64,000 nt of DNA. Source: the human T2T-CHM13v2.0 reference genome, Homo sapiens. Under the pieces are notes generated by a model. That model made no database searches, was not told where the DNA came from, and worked only from the letters and a program-made list of their open reading frames with translations. Made by a program: the position numbers and the translations under genes. Each line of letters starts with the position of its first letter. Within the stretch, counting starts at the first letter, position 1. The stretch is taken from assembly GCF_009914755.1 (NCBI RefSeq), contig NC_060927.1; one strand, given 5' to 3'. Shown piece after piece: positions 27,963 through 40,080 of this stretch.

Positions 27963-28364
27963 GTAAGTACTCAGTTTTCAGTTGAAACCCAAGAAGATAA
28001 AAATCTAAAGGACCATGCATTAAGAGTAAGGACTATGCCTCCAAAATATGGGTAAAGCTGAAATAAATATGACTTAATATTAATAGGACTTACACATAGT
28101 CCAAAACCAGTACCTGACAGGTTTAAAGAGATATGCTCAAACTCTCTACCAGAGGAAATTTTAATCCTTTTAGGAGGAAGATAATATTATGTAGAATCTC
28201 AAAGATGTTTTGTCCAAAACTTCTAAAATCAAATTTAAAATGACAAAATGTGGTAAAAATAGAATCAAATGATCAAAACCTTAGAGAAATAGGTAGATAA
28301 TTGAAACAGATTCATAGGTGGTTTAGATAATGTAGTTATGAGAAACTTAAAAATAGCTAGAATT

Positions 28365-28665
28365 GGCCTGGTGCGGTGGCTCATGCTTGTAATTCCAGAA
28401 CTTTGCGAGGCCAGGCTGGGTGAATTGCTTGAGTTCAGGAGTTCAACACCAGCCTAGGCAACATGGTGAAACCCCGTCTATACTAAAGAAAAGCAAGAAG
28501 TTAGCTGGATGGGGTGGCTCACACTTGTAGTCCCAGCTACTCTGCAGGCTGAGTTAGGAGGATCACCTAAACCCAGGAGGTCAAGGGCTGCAGTGAGCCA
28601 TGATTGTACCACTATACTTCAGCTTAGGCAATAGAGTGAGACCCTGCCTCAAAAAAAAAAAAAAA
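28365..28665 (+). mobile_element. AluJ
   Basis: Full dimer with poly(A); imperfect TSD agctagaatt/agttagaatt. Confidence 0.93.
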
Positions 28666-28961
28666 GTTAGAATTAATATTTTGAAAAATAGAAGGAGATG
28701 TAAATAATTTTACCAGAGACTTAAAATTTACAAAAAGTCAGATGGAAGTTATAGAACTGTAAAATACTGAAATGAACTTATAAATTCAATACACTGTTGA
28801 GAAGAAGCAAAATAACAGACTAGTGAACTGAATGACAGGTCAGCATAAAATATCTACACTGAAGCAGTAAAAAGAAAAAATGAAAAATAAGAAAAGATTT
28901 TAAGAAACATACGAAACACAATAAATAAAACAAATCTAGCATGCATATAATTGGAGTAGAG

Positions 28962-29125
28962 ATGGAGAGGAGAGGAGGGGAGAGGAAGGGAGAGTAGAGG
29001 AGGGGAGGAAAGGGACAGCAGGAGAGGGGAGGGAACGGAATGGGAGAGGAGAGAAGGGGAGGGGAGAGGAAAATAGGGAAGGAAAGGCGAGGCAAGAGAA
29101 GAAGTAGGGGAGAGAAAGAGAGTGA
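28962..29125. repeat. GA-rich (GGAGA)n low-complexity tract
   Basis: Purine-rich degenerate pentamer repeat. Confidence 0.85.
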
Positions 29126-32100
29126 AAGATAAAGCAATATAGAAAGAAATTGTGGCCATTTTTGAAAACACGTAATAAAACATGAAACCACAGATTCAAT
29201 AAGCTCCCTGAACTTCAAGCAGGCTAAAGTCAAAGAAAAATATTTAATCAAAGAAAAATATTTAATCACCAAAAAAGGCACAAACAAATATACATACAAG
29301 CTTATTTCAACATTATGAAACCATACATAGCACCTTTGAGATCCGGATATCAGCCCGATAACAGAAGTAAACCACTATCTCCAGCTGAATACTGTGCAGT
29401 GAGAACCAGAGGGCTGGGACTAAACTAGAATTCCAGAGCCAGCAGAGTGTTGGCGCAGCCTGGCCTGCAGTCCAGGATATGCAAGGTCAAAGGAAATCTG
29501 AATGACCATAGTCACAGGTAAGGCATTCATCTGAATAGTCTGTGTAGAGACAGAAATCAGAATCATAGAGTTTCTTGGATCTATGGGCAGAATCTAGAGG
29601 CCCCAGAGAGTCAGCTTTTGGAGAATAGCAAGTGGAAGGCATATCTTAGAGGGATTTCCCAAGGATTGGAGGCGTAACTGCGAAGGCTTTTTGCAGGGTA
29701 CCCTAACCTTGCCCACAGCAAAGCAGAGGCTGAAGGAGGAAGCAGGTTTGGATAATGTCCAAGCTCACTTCAGAGTCCTTCCTCTTCTCAGACCTTTTTT
29801 TCATGTTTTCACTCTTAAAGTTTGTAACTTGCTTCAACATTATATTTACCTCCTTAGATATCAGTTTCCCTTCATCCACCTTTAATTCAAACTTTACGTT
29901 TATAATTACCTCATTGTTCTGTTTCTGTTTTCCTACTCTTTGTTCTTAGAATCTGCTTGCAAATTTCTTTAGCTTTTGGCCAATTTCTTGTTACAACCAG
30001 CCACTTCGCTTTCTCAACCTCATCCTTGTATTCAACTGGGCCTGGAAGGGTCATCAATAGTCTTGGGTGTCAGCTTCTTTGAAATCTGTGGACCCATCAA
30101 TTCCCATAATGTATCATGGCTTTGGACTTGTAACCACAGCCTGATTTCTCAGAGACTCTTTCTGTTTTTGCCAGCCATCATCCTCATTTTGAAACTGGAG
30201 TGCTTCAATAAAATAATGAATTAATAATATTCTTTCTTACAAGAGTGGGAGAATACCCAAAGTGAATAGTGATGGGAAGCCCAATCAGCAACAGGATAGT
30301 AGCAGTGACGGCGATCATGGCAGTCATGATTAATGAGGTCTACCAGTTTCTTCTATGAGCAGTTGTCAGATTTGAAGATTAGGGAGTTTACCAAAGAAAA
30401 ACCATTAGTAGATTCTGTATTAGTAACCCATATTTTTTTCAAGAGAGTTTCCTATCTCTAGGGATACAGAGAACACCCTCATATCAGTTTCTTTGACAAC
30501 TTACTTTGACATTGCTTGGATAAAACACTAGATTTGAAAATTGTTTGTTCACCAAACTTTGCACTCCATTTGATCTTTCCTCAGCTTTATATTTTAAATG
30601 TACTATATTTATTTTCCTCAACGAGTCAAACACTTTTATATCATTTGTATGCATATGCTCTGTGGGATCTTTTCAGTTATTATTGTTGCTGTTACAAGAA
30701 TAAATTTTTGTATTTCAAAAATGGATACTATACCATTTCAAAATCACGTAATTGAGAAATAATATGTCGAAGAGGCAAAAACATTTATTTTACTGAGAGT
30801 CAAAGATCTTGTCTGATAATTAAACCAATAATTTACTTTTATATTAGACAAGTCCTTTTGAGCATCACCAACCCCCAGAAGAGTTTGACAAAACTTGTTG
30901 AATTTAATAAATGCAAATAACCTACTCATCACTGTTGGGAGAGGGGGTGGATCAATAGAAATGGATCATGGATTCTAATCCTAATTCTGTCTCTAGTTTG
31001 CCATGTGAATTTGTATAATGTGTTTAACCTCTCTGGGCTTTAGGTTTTTTTATCTTATAAAATGAGGATATTGATTGTACTGTAGGTTAAACATGAATTG
31101 TACACATGCTATATGTCAGAAACAATTCTAAGTGCTTTACATGTATAATTCTTTAATTATTGCAATGGCCTTAAGAGAAGTGCAGTACTGTTTTGTACCT
31201 ATGTAGCAGATAGAAAAACCAAAGCACTAAGGTTTAGGTAATTTCTCTAAGGTGTGACAACTAGTAAGTATCAGAGGTGAAAGTCACATCAGGTAGCCAA
31301 GCTTCCAAATTCATTCTCTTTGTTATTAAACTCTACTGCCTCTTTATACTGTTTCTCCCTGCTTTAGATGCTCTCTGAAGCCCTTATTCTAATTAATGTT
31401 CGATCTAGGTCTACTAAAACTCCTTACTACCAGGCCAGTACTCTATTAATTGAATAAACTTTTAGGGATTTTACAAAAGTAGGTTCAATAAGAGTTGCAA
31501 AAAGGCATCTAAAGAACCTTGTGATTATATATTTATACTCAATTTTCCTATTAGCCTTGACTACATACTTTGGAGGTCACCACAAATAAATTTCTTGAGA
31601 TCAGCACATATATAAATTCAGATGTCCATTAAAGAGCATACATACCATCTGATACAGCTGTCTTTGCTATATAGAGAAACTAATTGAATCTCTAATCAGT
31701 ACAACATGTGTTGAATTTTAGTGTTGTGCTTCTATTACCTTGTGATTTGGTATTTGCACAACATGTTTGGTAAAAAGCTTACACTTCATTTTCTTTCTAG
31801 AAAGTCATTGCTTATTTTTAATCCCATAGTTGATGTTTTAAAGCCTTCTTCAGTTCAGGTTGGATGTGTTCTTTTGTATGACTGTTCTTGGACTTGAGCT
31901 GCAATCTTGTGCATAGCTAGAATTTATGTTTTTGGAAAGTCTGAGAATTTCGCGGGGAGAGGGAACTTTAAAGCTTCTAAATTGTTTCCCTTTTAACACC
32001 CATGAAAAATGAGCACATGTGCTCATTTACTGTCCTTCAGAAATGTCCACATCTAGCGTTCAGAGAGGCATTTCCTCATATGCCAGTGTCTGGTTGAAGT

Positions 32101-33568
32101 AAACTTGGATGCGGAAGACCAGGTGTCATTTTGGAGCCTCCTGCTTTGGGACTACTGTACATCATCCTGAACCTCCCTGGAACCCTAAATTTCTAACTTG
32201 CAGATTGCTTTGGAAACCAGAGAGACTTTCACAGCCAAAGGGTTCATTAGAAAATTCTGAATTTACCATCTGCAGAAAGAATCCTCATTTTCTTGGATTA
32301 CTATTTTATCCTTAGAACATTGAAGTGATACTTGTTTGGTTAAATTGCTTAGCTTTTCCTCATTCATGAGTAGTACTCATATTCACATTATTCAACTTCA
32401 GAGGTGAAGAGGGTATTATGCTCTAAATATGTGACTTTCCTGAGAGCATATAGATCCATTTCCCACATTCAGTAGCATCCTACTGAATGTTAAATTATTA
32501 ACAGCTCTCTCCTGAGGAAGCAATGTGAGCTTTTATAGTATGTGTCCATCTCACACTACCAACGTAGCCAACTTCCAGCTTCCAATAAGAAGTCACTGAA
32601 GATGGGATTGGAAAGAGATGCCCACGGTATGCTCTTCTGAGGCAGTGTGAGCTGGCTCCAGCACACTTCTGCTATCTCGATGGAAATTTAAACAACACTC
32701 TCAAATGATGCCTGATAGTAGTGAGTGTGAAAGAGTGGGAATAAATATCTCTAGGTGTGTGTGGCTTCTAGCTTACTTCTGCCACTGATCAACTGTGTGG
32801 CCTTAAATAATACCTTTAAACTCTCTACATCTCTCCTCTCTTCTCCACTGAAAAATGAGGACAATAACAGCTTTCTCAGACGCTTCACAGAAAAAGCTAG
32901 GAGATACTTGAAGTGATAGTGCTGGAAATAAAATAAAAGGCTAATTCAAAAATAATAGGAGGGAGAGCGTGTAGAAAATTACATGTGAACAGGAAGTCAT
33001 GTGTGACCATGGCTTAGAAAGGGCTGGCCACAGTGTGTATAATAACATGTAGAAGAGAGATATTAATGGATGGAACAGTGTCAGAAAGCCCAGACTTTCT
33101 GGGGTGATCAGTGCATCACAAACATTTTCTTGGTCTTCTCATATGTGTTGAAGAAAGAGTGCAGAGGCTAAGAAAGGAGGGAGGAGGGAGGAGCAAGCCT
33201 GCTATGAAATCCCTTAGATCTTTTTTACAGGTGGGATTTGTGAAATGCATTTTACATCTATAATTAGGGAATGAAGTGGAGCAGATGGCTACAGTGCAGT
33301 TATAATTAAAGTATAATACACAGTAAAATCACCTTGTGCAGCCAGTCGTGCATCCGAGCCAGCAAGTATTAATTCTCTTTGCACTCTGAAGCCTCTTCTT
33401 TGGGCTGCAGGGAATGGTTGTTGCATCATGACACTGATTTCATACACTCTTTTTGTACCAGAAGTTCCGTTCACAAATTCTGGATTGTGCTGTATTAAAT
33501 TATATCGTTCGTAGAGTCTGCTGTTTAATAATGAACACTCTATTTTAAAATAGAGGCACAGGCATCAC

Positions 33569-33644
33569 TTTAATGGCATAGAGCTAGTGTTCTATGTTTA
33601 ATGGCATAGAGCTAGTGTTCTATGTTTAATGGCATAGAGCTAGT
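33569..33644. repeat. 28-bp tandem repeat, 2.7 perfect copies
   Basis: TTTAATGGCATAGAGCTAGTGTTCTATG starting at 33569, 33597 and (partial) 33625. Confidence 0.95.
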
Positions 33645-36600
33645 AGTAGGTAACTTCCCAGGTTAAGAATTCATTTATAAACTTTTAGACTTATAAATTC
33701 ATTTATAAACTTTTAAATTCATTTTGAAACTTTATAAACTTCTCAGCTGCACTGCTATATAAACTCTGAATGAGAGAACGTCTAATGCAAAAGAATGGAG
33801 GCTCTTTTACCCAGGACTCAGTTATTAGGATTATAAGAAGGTTGAAAACCAGTTATATAGTGGGACAGGCAAACGTGCTGATTCTCAAAATGCTACATGT
33901 CCATTTATCTTATCCTCTATATAAATACTAATGCAGCAGTGGAACCAGCAATGGGCTCAAAGTGGATAGCTGTATCCTAGTCCCAACTCCTTATATGTGC
34001 CCAGGCCAGTCCCTGCCACTTTCTGGGCCTCTCTCTTCTCATCTATAAGGTGAAGAAATTGGACTACCTCATTCCTGTGGTTTTTTGGGTTCTGTTTTCT
34101 TCTTCTCCTTATCCTTCTGAGTTTATCAGAAGACCTATTTCCTTCATAGTAGTTATACTATTACTAATTCTACTTAGTGTTAATAAGAGCATGGGAAGCA
34201 GAAAGATTTCTTCCTCTGAGAGGGTATTTTGTTTTATCACAGGAGTTGAGAGAACAGTGGCTCAAACTAAGTTCTGCTTTTCCCTTGCCAGGAACTACCG
34301 GGCACCCCATGTAAACATCAAGCAGTCACTTTTTGGAGTTTTATTCTATCTCAGTGGTTTTTGCCTTCATTAAAAAAAAAAAAAAAAAAAAAAAGCACAG
34401 TCCTGGAGTTACAGATTTTTTTTCCTACCCTCTGACTTATTTCAGCATTTCACCTATATAGTTTTACCTTTAAGTATTAAACTACTTTACTGTAAGAAAA
34501 GTATATACACCCCTCAAGTCCCAAGCTTTTAGCCCTCACTGGAAAATAAAATGTTTGCCTTTTCATGTTTCCATTATAGAAACAAAACCAACAAAAAGAA
34601 AAGAAGAGAAAAGGTAAATCGAAAAAATTTTCTTTTCCTAAGATTAGCCCCCAAAAGTTAACACTCCAGCCAAGTTTCTATTGATAATTTTAATGAGACA
34701 ATCTGCTAATGAATAAATGGGTAAATAGAACACTTGAAAAATATATATATATTCACAAAAAAAGAATTAGTAGAAAAGACAAAATTATTTTACCATCAGG
34801 GAAGTAGTGTGCAAAGAACATGGTCGTTGAAGTCAGACAATTCTGAGCCTGAATCTTAGATCTGCTACCTCCTTGCGTGTCCATTCCATACTCCCACCTC
34901 GGAACCTTTAAGAAATTGTTTCACTTCTCTTGGTTTTAACGTCCTCATCAGTGAAATAAATAATTAAACCTAGATTGCAGGGTATGTGGAAGAATTAGAA
35001 CAAATAAATGTAGTATGTCTGGCAGAGAGGTGCTCATTAAATTCTACCTACTATTTAGCTCTCATTCATTAAATGGGTAGATTTGTAAAATATGACCTTA
35101 CTCTTCTTCACCACCATCTCCCACCCAAATCTCTACCATCTAGCTAAATTCAGACACTTCTCAGTAAAAAATAGAGATAGATGTGAGGCCTGGAAATTTT
35201 CCACACAAATTCAGATGAGTAAAGGATAAATCTAGGCCTCTGTAGATTTTCTTTCTTGGATATTTACCTGGAGATAATCTCTAGGAAGATATAAACAAGG
35301 TCTTGGTTAAAAGTATTGTGGAACCCGACCCCTAGACAACCAGATATCTAAAATTTAACCATGAGTTTGCAAGGTTTAGGTTGCCGGGAGAGGGGAAAGA
35401 AGTTGAGATTGAGTTTAGAAAATGAGCCATTTAATGCAACTATATCTTATTTTGTTACTTCTTAGGCAAAAATATTAACAAAATTGGAAAACCACCTTTA
35501 CAGTTTGTAAAGCTGTTTGTAAAACTTTCATATAAATTATTTGATTCTTTAAAAGTCTTGGGAAATAAACAGATTGACTTTCACTTTACATGGTTTATTT
35601 ACCTAAGGACCAAAGAGAATTTTCCTAAGCCACCCAGGAAAGAAGTGGCAGGGCTTTCTTCAAACTGACATCTCAACATCCTATTTCCCTTTCTCCTGAA
35701 TTGTGCCAATGACAAGGTTCTGGTGTTGTATTCTTTACCCAGTGACTCCCACTGAGGGTCTCAGAGCTCTCTTGTGGCTTGGTTTTCTTCTAGTGGTATC
35801 TCTTCTCGCTGAGACCACACACTGAGGAGAAGGAAAAAAGGCCTGTGTCCTTCTTGGGGCATAATTTCCTACAAATACAATAAAAAACAAAATGCCTGCC
35901 TTGTCTACTGAAAATATTAGTCAAGAAGGAAACTCAGGCTTATAATTTCAGGCCACTGATTATGCCAACTCAATAGACTGTTTTATTTATCTTTAACAAG
36001 AAGTTTCACATTATTAGTAAAAATTTTATCAGAAGTATGCTTTTGTCAAGGATCTCTGTATAAGTCATTGCTATTTGGAGAAGAGGCAAGAATATCTCAG
36101 TTATTCCCCAAAATGTGAAAGTCAGATATATACCATGGTGTCTTTTGGCTGATTTCTTTGTGCCTTTCTTTGTGCCTCCAGAGTCATATGTTTGCTTAAC
36201 TGTGGAATTTACATTGCATTATATTACAATTTCCAGAATTGTTAAAAGGTGAGCTGCTTGATGATACAAGAGTATCTGATTTTCTAAGCCGCAATATAGA
36301 TTCTGGTACCTGCTATGTGATCACTAAATATTTGTTAAATAAAATGAACCATTAGAGACCCTCGATGTTTCTATTTCTGGTAAAATGATGGGACAGGAAA
36401 CCAGATCGAATCTCATTGCAAACAACTAAATTCTTAGTAAAATAATGTGTTTAAAATTTTTTTTAGTTTAGATCCATTAATGGCTAGAAAAAAAAATAAG
36501 AAGTCTTTCAGACAAAGCAGTAAGCGAAGATAAGCACTAAGAGATATGATGGAATATCAAAGGCAAATTTTACACTGAGTGTGTTTATTTACTTGGGTAA

Positions 36601-37211
36601 ATTTGAGCTTGGGTGTTCATAGTTTCAAAGGGCAGAAAGAATAGGAGACAAAATACTGACCCAATGTAAGACAACTACCGGGATATCTTCCTGCCATAAC
36701 ACTGTGGTTCCAAAGACCATACACAATAGAAAATTTAAAACAAAAATAAACTTCTTCCCTGTCATCCAAGAGACATTAAAGGAAATTAAATATCACAAAC
36801 CTAACCACATGGTAGAGGAAAGAAACATTGCTATTCATAATTTACAATCTCAAGCTAACTCTGATGCAGTTTCCAGTCTAAATTCACTCTACTTTATTGA
36901 TCCAAACACCTCAAGATGAAAATTTAATTGCATACTAATTGATAATTTTCATAGGCACCTGGTAGAAGGAAACAAAACCTTCCCAAGAGAAATTCACTTC
37001 CATTCCAGGCCTCAGGAAAAAAAAATCCACAAATACAACATTAAAATCAACAGTTCATGGCTGGAAATAACAAAACACACAAGGAAACAAGGTACCATGA
37101 GTGTGAAGCAATAAAAACACCAGAGCAGAGCTAGGCCTACATAAATTTCAAATATTGGAATTACAATGCATGGCCCATAAAATAGCTATGTAATTGATAG
37201 ACAGCCTTCTA

Positions 37212-37220
<9 letters not shown>

Positions 37221-37245
<25 letters not shown>

Positions 37246-37524
37246 GAGACAGAGTCTTGCTCTGTCACCTAGGCTGGAGGGCAGTGGCGCACTCTTGGTT
37301 CACTGCAACCTCTGCCTCCCAGGTTGAAGCAATTATCGTGCCTCAGCCTCCGTTGCACCACCACAGCTGGCTAATTTTTGTAATTTTAGTACAAAATGAG
37401 TAGGCACAGGGCTTTGTCATGTTGCCCAGGCTGGTCTCCAACTCCTACTCCTGGCCTCAAGTGATCTGCCTGACTCGGCCTCCCAAAGTGCTAGGATTAC
37501 AGTTGTGCACCACCGCGACGGGCC
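37221..37524 (-). mobile_element. Diverged Alu inserted into an MLT1-type LTR (about 37190-37790)
   Basis: Poly-T plus reverse Alu with an internal deletion and small insertions; flanks carry MLT1 motifs (ctaagatggcc, gttggagaggcccatgtgg). Confidence 0.88.
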
Positions 37525-37794
37525 AACCCCGCAATGATCTCTTAATATACTTGTGTAATTATATCTCCTTCATTGGGAGGGCTGGGTGTGGTGATTCACT
37601 CTAATAAATGGCACCCATATAAATGTGATGGAATGTCACCACCATGATTATGACTATGACTTCTGTCATGCCAGTACTTACTCTTTCATGCTTCCCTGAC
37701 TTGCTTGCTTTGATGAAGTGAGCTGTTATGTTGGAGAGGCCCATGTGGTGAAGAAATGACTGTGACCTAGAACCAGGTGCCAGTGAGAAATGGT

Positions 37795-38110
37795 ATTTCT
37801 ACAAAATACCTGAGAAGGGTTCTTCAAGGAAAGTCTGAGGCTCTGTCATTGGGGAATTGACAGAGCAGAGCCAACTGAGAAGGCGTGAAGACTTAATGCA
37901 ATGTGATATCCTCAATTAGATCCTAGAGCAGGAAAAAGAACATTAGTAGCAAAACTGATGAATCTGTTTAGAGTCTATAGTTTAGTTACTGTTAATTTTT
38001 AAAATATTGACAAGCGTGTCATAGAAGCTGAATGAAGAAAATGCAGGAACTTTTGTGCTATCTTTGCAACTTTTCTGTAAATCAATATTCATTTCAAAAT
38101 AAAAAGTTTA
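37795..38110 (+). mobile_element. L1MC-type 3' UTR fragment
   Basis: taatgcaatgtgatatcctc...tctttgcaacttttctgtaaatc...aaaataaaaag. Confidence 0.65.
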
Positions 38111-40080
38111 TTTTTAAAAACTTAATAGAAAAAGGTTATTTGTGAGAAGGTATTCATTGCAGTTATTTATTATTACAAATAATTTTTCCTGGTTGTGAAA
38201 TTTTTTAAAAAATAATTTTTATTAGAGTAAAATGGATAAGTAAGATGAAGCATTTTGTCAATAAAAATGAAACAGTTTAAAATGGTAATTATGACTATAG
38301 TGAGTATATAAATTTGTTTCTATTATAAGATTAAATGAAAAATTAGAATATATAATAATAGTGTATGTCATTATGAATATTACATATATATTTAAAATTA
38401 TCGTACATATAAAAATGTATACTTTTAAGCCAAACCCAGGAGGAAATGCCAAAACATAGAACAGTGGATAGGTATTCTAGGATTATAATGTTTATCACTT
38501 TAATGTATTTATATAGTTTTAAGATGAGCACAAAATATTTTTGAATATCACATACATTCTTTCAAAACTCATGACTCTAATATTCTAATATTCATTGGTA
38601 AAGTTAATGAAAGGCAAACATAACTCAACAGTATATCTAACTCAAAGAAAGTGTACTAGACTTGAGAGGTTCAGCCCTTACAAACAGAGCAAAGGGTTCT
38701 TAACTTGTTTAAGATATGAAGATCTCTGATAACAACTAATTCATAGGTTATAAGTTCATTAATTACAATAACCTGGCTTTAAAAAATAAAGTAATTTATG
38801 GAGGTAATCAAATTTCAGTTCCTAATTAAAACAGATAAAAAAAGTTGTGTGTACTGTGTGTGCATGTATGTGTTGGGGTAGATGGTGTGAGCACTCTTGA
38901 AAACTCCTTGGAAATCTTGGGGAGGGGTATTTATTTAGTATAACATCGGACTGAGTAAAGAGGACTTTTGTAAGGAATTAGAGCATTGGATAATGTCTGT
39001 GTAAAAACTTCAGTTCATTAACTCCCATCCTCCTAGCTCATCTGTCATCAGAGTTCTAGAATTGAGTTTTCTTGTGATTAATTCTTCAGCTCATGCACCA
39101 GAATTATTGGACACATGATAAACTGGGATTTCTGAGGCTACGATATCTCTCAGAGTCATAAACACAGAGAGATAAGGCAATGGTAAGGGCATTAGATAAC
39201 AACAGATCAAAATTTCAGAGGACAGGTGATGCAAAAATTTGTGTAAGTTTTATTTTCTTTGGCTGTTTTGTGAACTTGACTTTTATACTTTGTATCTCAT
39301 TTCCAAACAAATTTAAGGCAGAATATGACTTAAATATATTATCAGCTATTTACATAAATTGTTTCTGAAGTTATTTTACCCTAGGTTTCATTTTCAACTT
39401 GTAGCTAGAGCTCTATTCAGCAATATCATAATTTATTACCCAAACACTAAGCCCCCATTTATTTTCTCAGGATTACAATTAATAATATTTTAATATCTTT
39501 CCAAAGAAACCCACATTCACAGCACTTCAATATTAAAATCAAGAGTACATTTTAAAAGCTTCACAAACCCCCTGCCTCTCGGTAACATGTAAGAGTATTC
39601 CTTCCAAGATTTGGAGCACCACGTACAAATTTAATGCATGGGTTACAAGTAGTTTCAATCTTAGGATTCAGGAGGAAAACACTGTAGTTTCATACAATGA
39701 ATTTTTTTCTTGACCTTCTCTTGCTGTCTAATTGAGATACCTCCAGACTGATTGTACCATTGTGTTCTTATATTCTCTGAATTCACAACCGCTGTGGGCA
39801 AGTTTCTGATGAAAAATACACACCATAAATAAGAAATCACTTGAGTATAATTTTTTATTATCTCTTTGAATCTCCTTTTAGACATCTTTCCATGTATGGG
39901 TGATGGATGAGTTTCATGTAACATAGACAAATTGTCAGCCAAGTTTATCTGATTGAATGCTTTCCCTTTTTCTCCTGAAAAACGGTAATATTCAATGTGT
40001 TGATACAATTAATAGTGCATAAATAAGAATCAAACCATGATGCTATCAATGAAATGGGTATGTTACTATCACCCATTGAC

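Larger units (their letters stand above)
26190..29270 (+). mobile_element. Ancient L1 5'/ORF1 remnant hosting the LTR12C and an Alu
   Basis: ORF1-like remnants at 28730-29240 (agtgaactgaatgacagg, catataattggagt, ccacagattcaataagctc). Extension upstream across the LTR is inferred. Confidence 0.5.

Noticed and set aside
28820-29299. 159 aa minus-strand ORF
   Set aside because: Derived from the GA-rich tract and antisense L1 remnant.
31780-31865. Possible cassette exon after ttcattttcttttctag (AG at 31799-31800)
   Set aside because: Acceptor-like but no convincing donor; not supportable without transcript data.
33569-33644. CRISPR-like repeats
   Set aside because: No spacers, head-to-tail copies, eukaryotic context.
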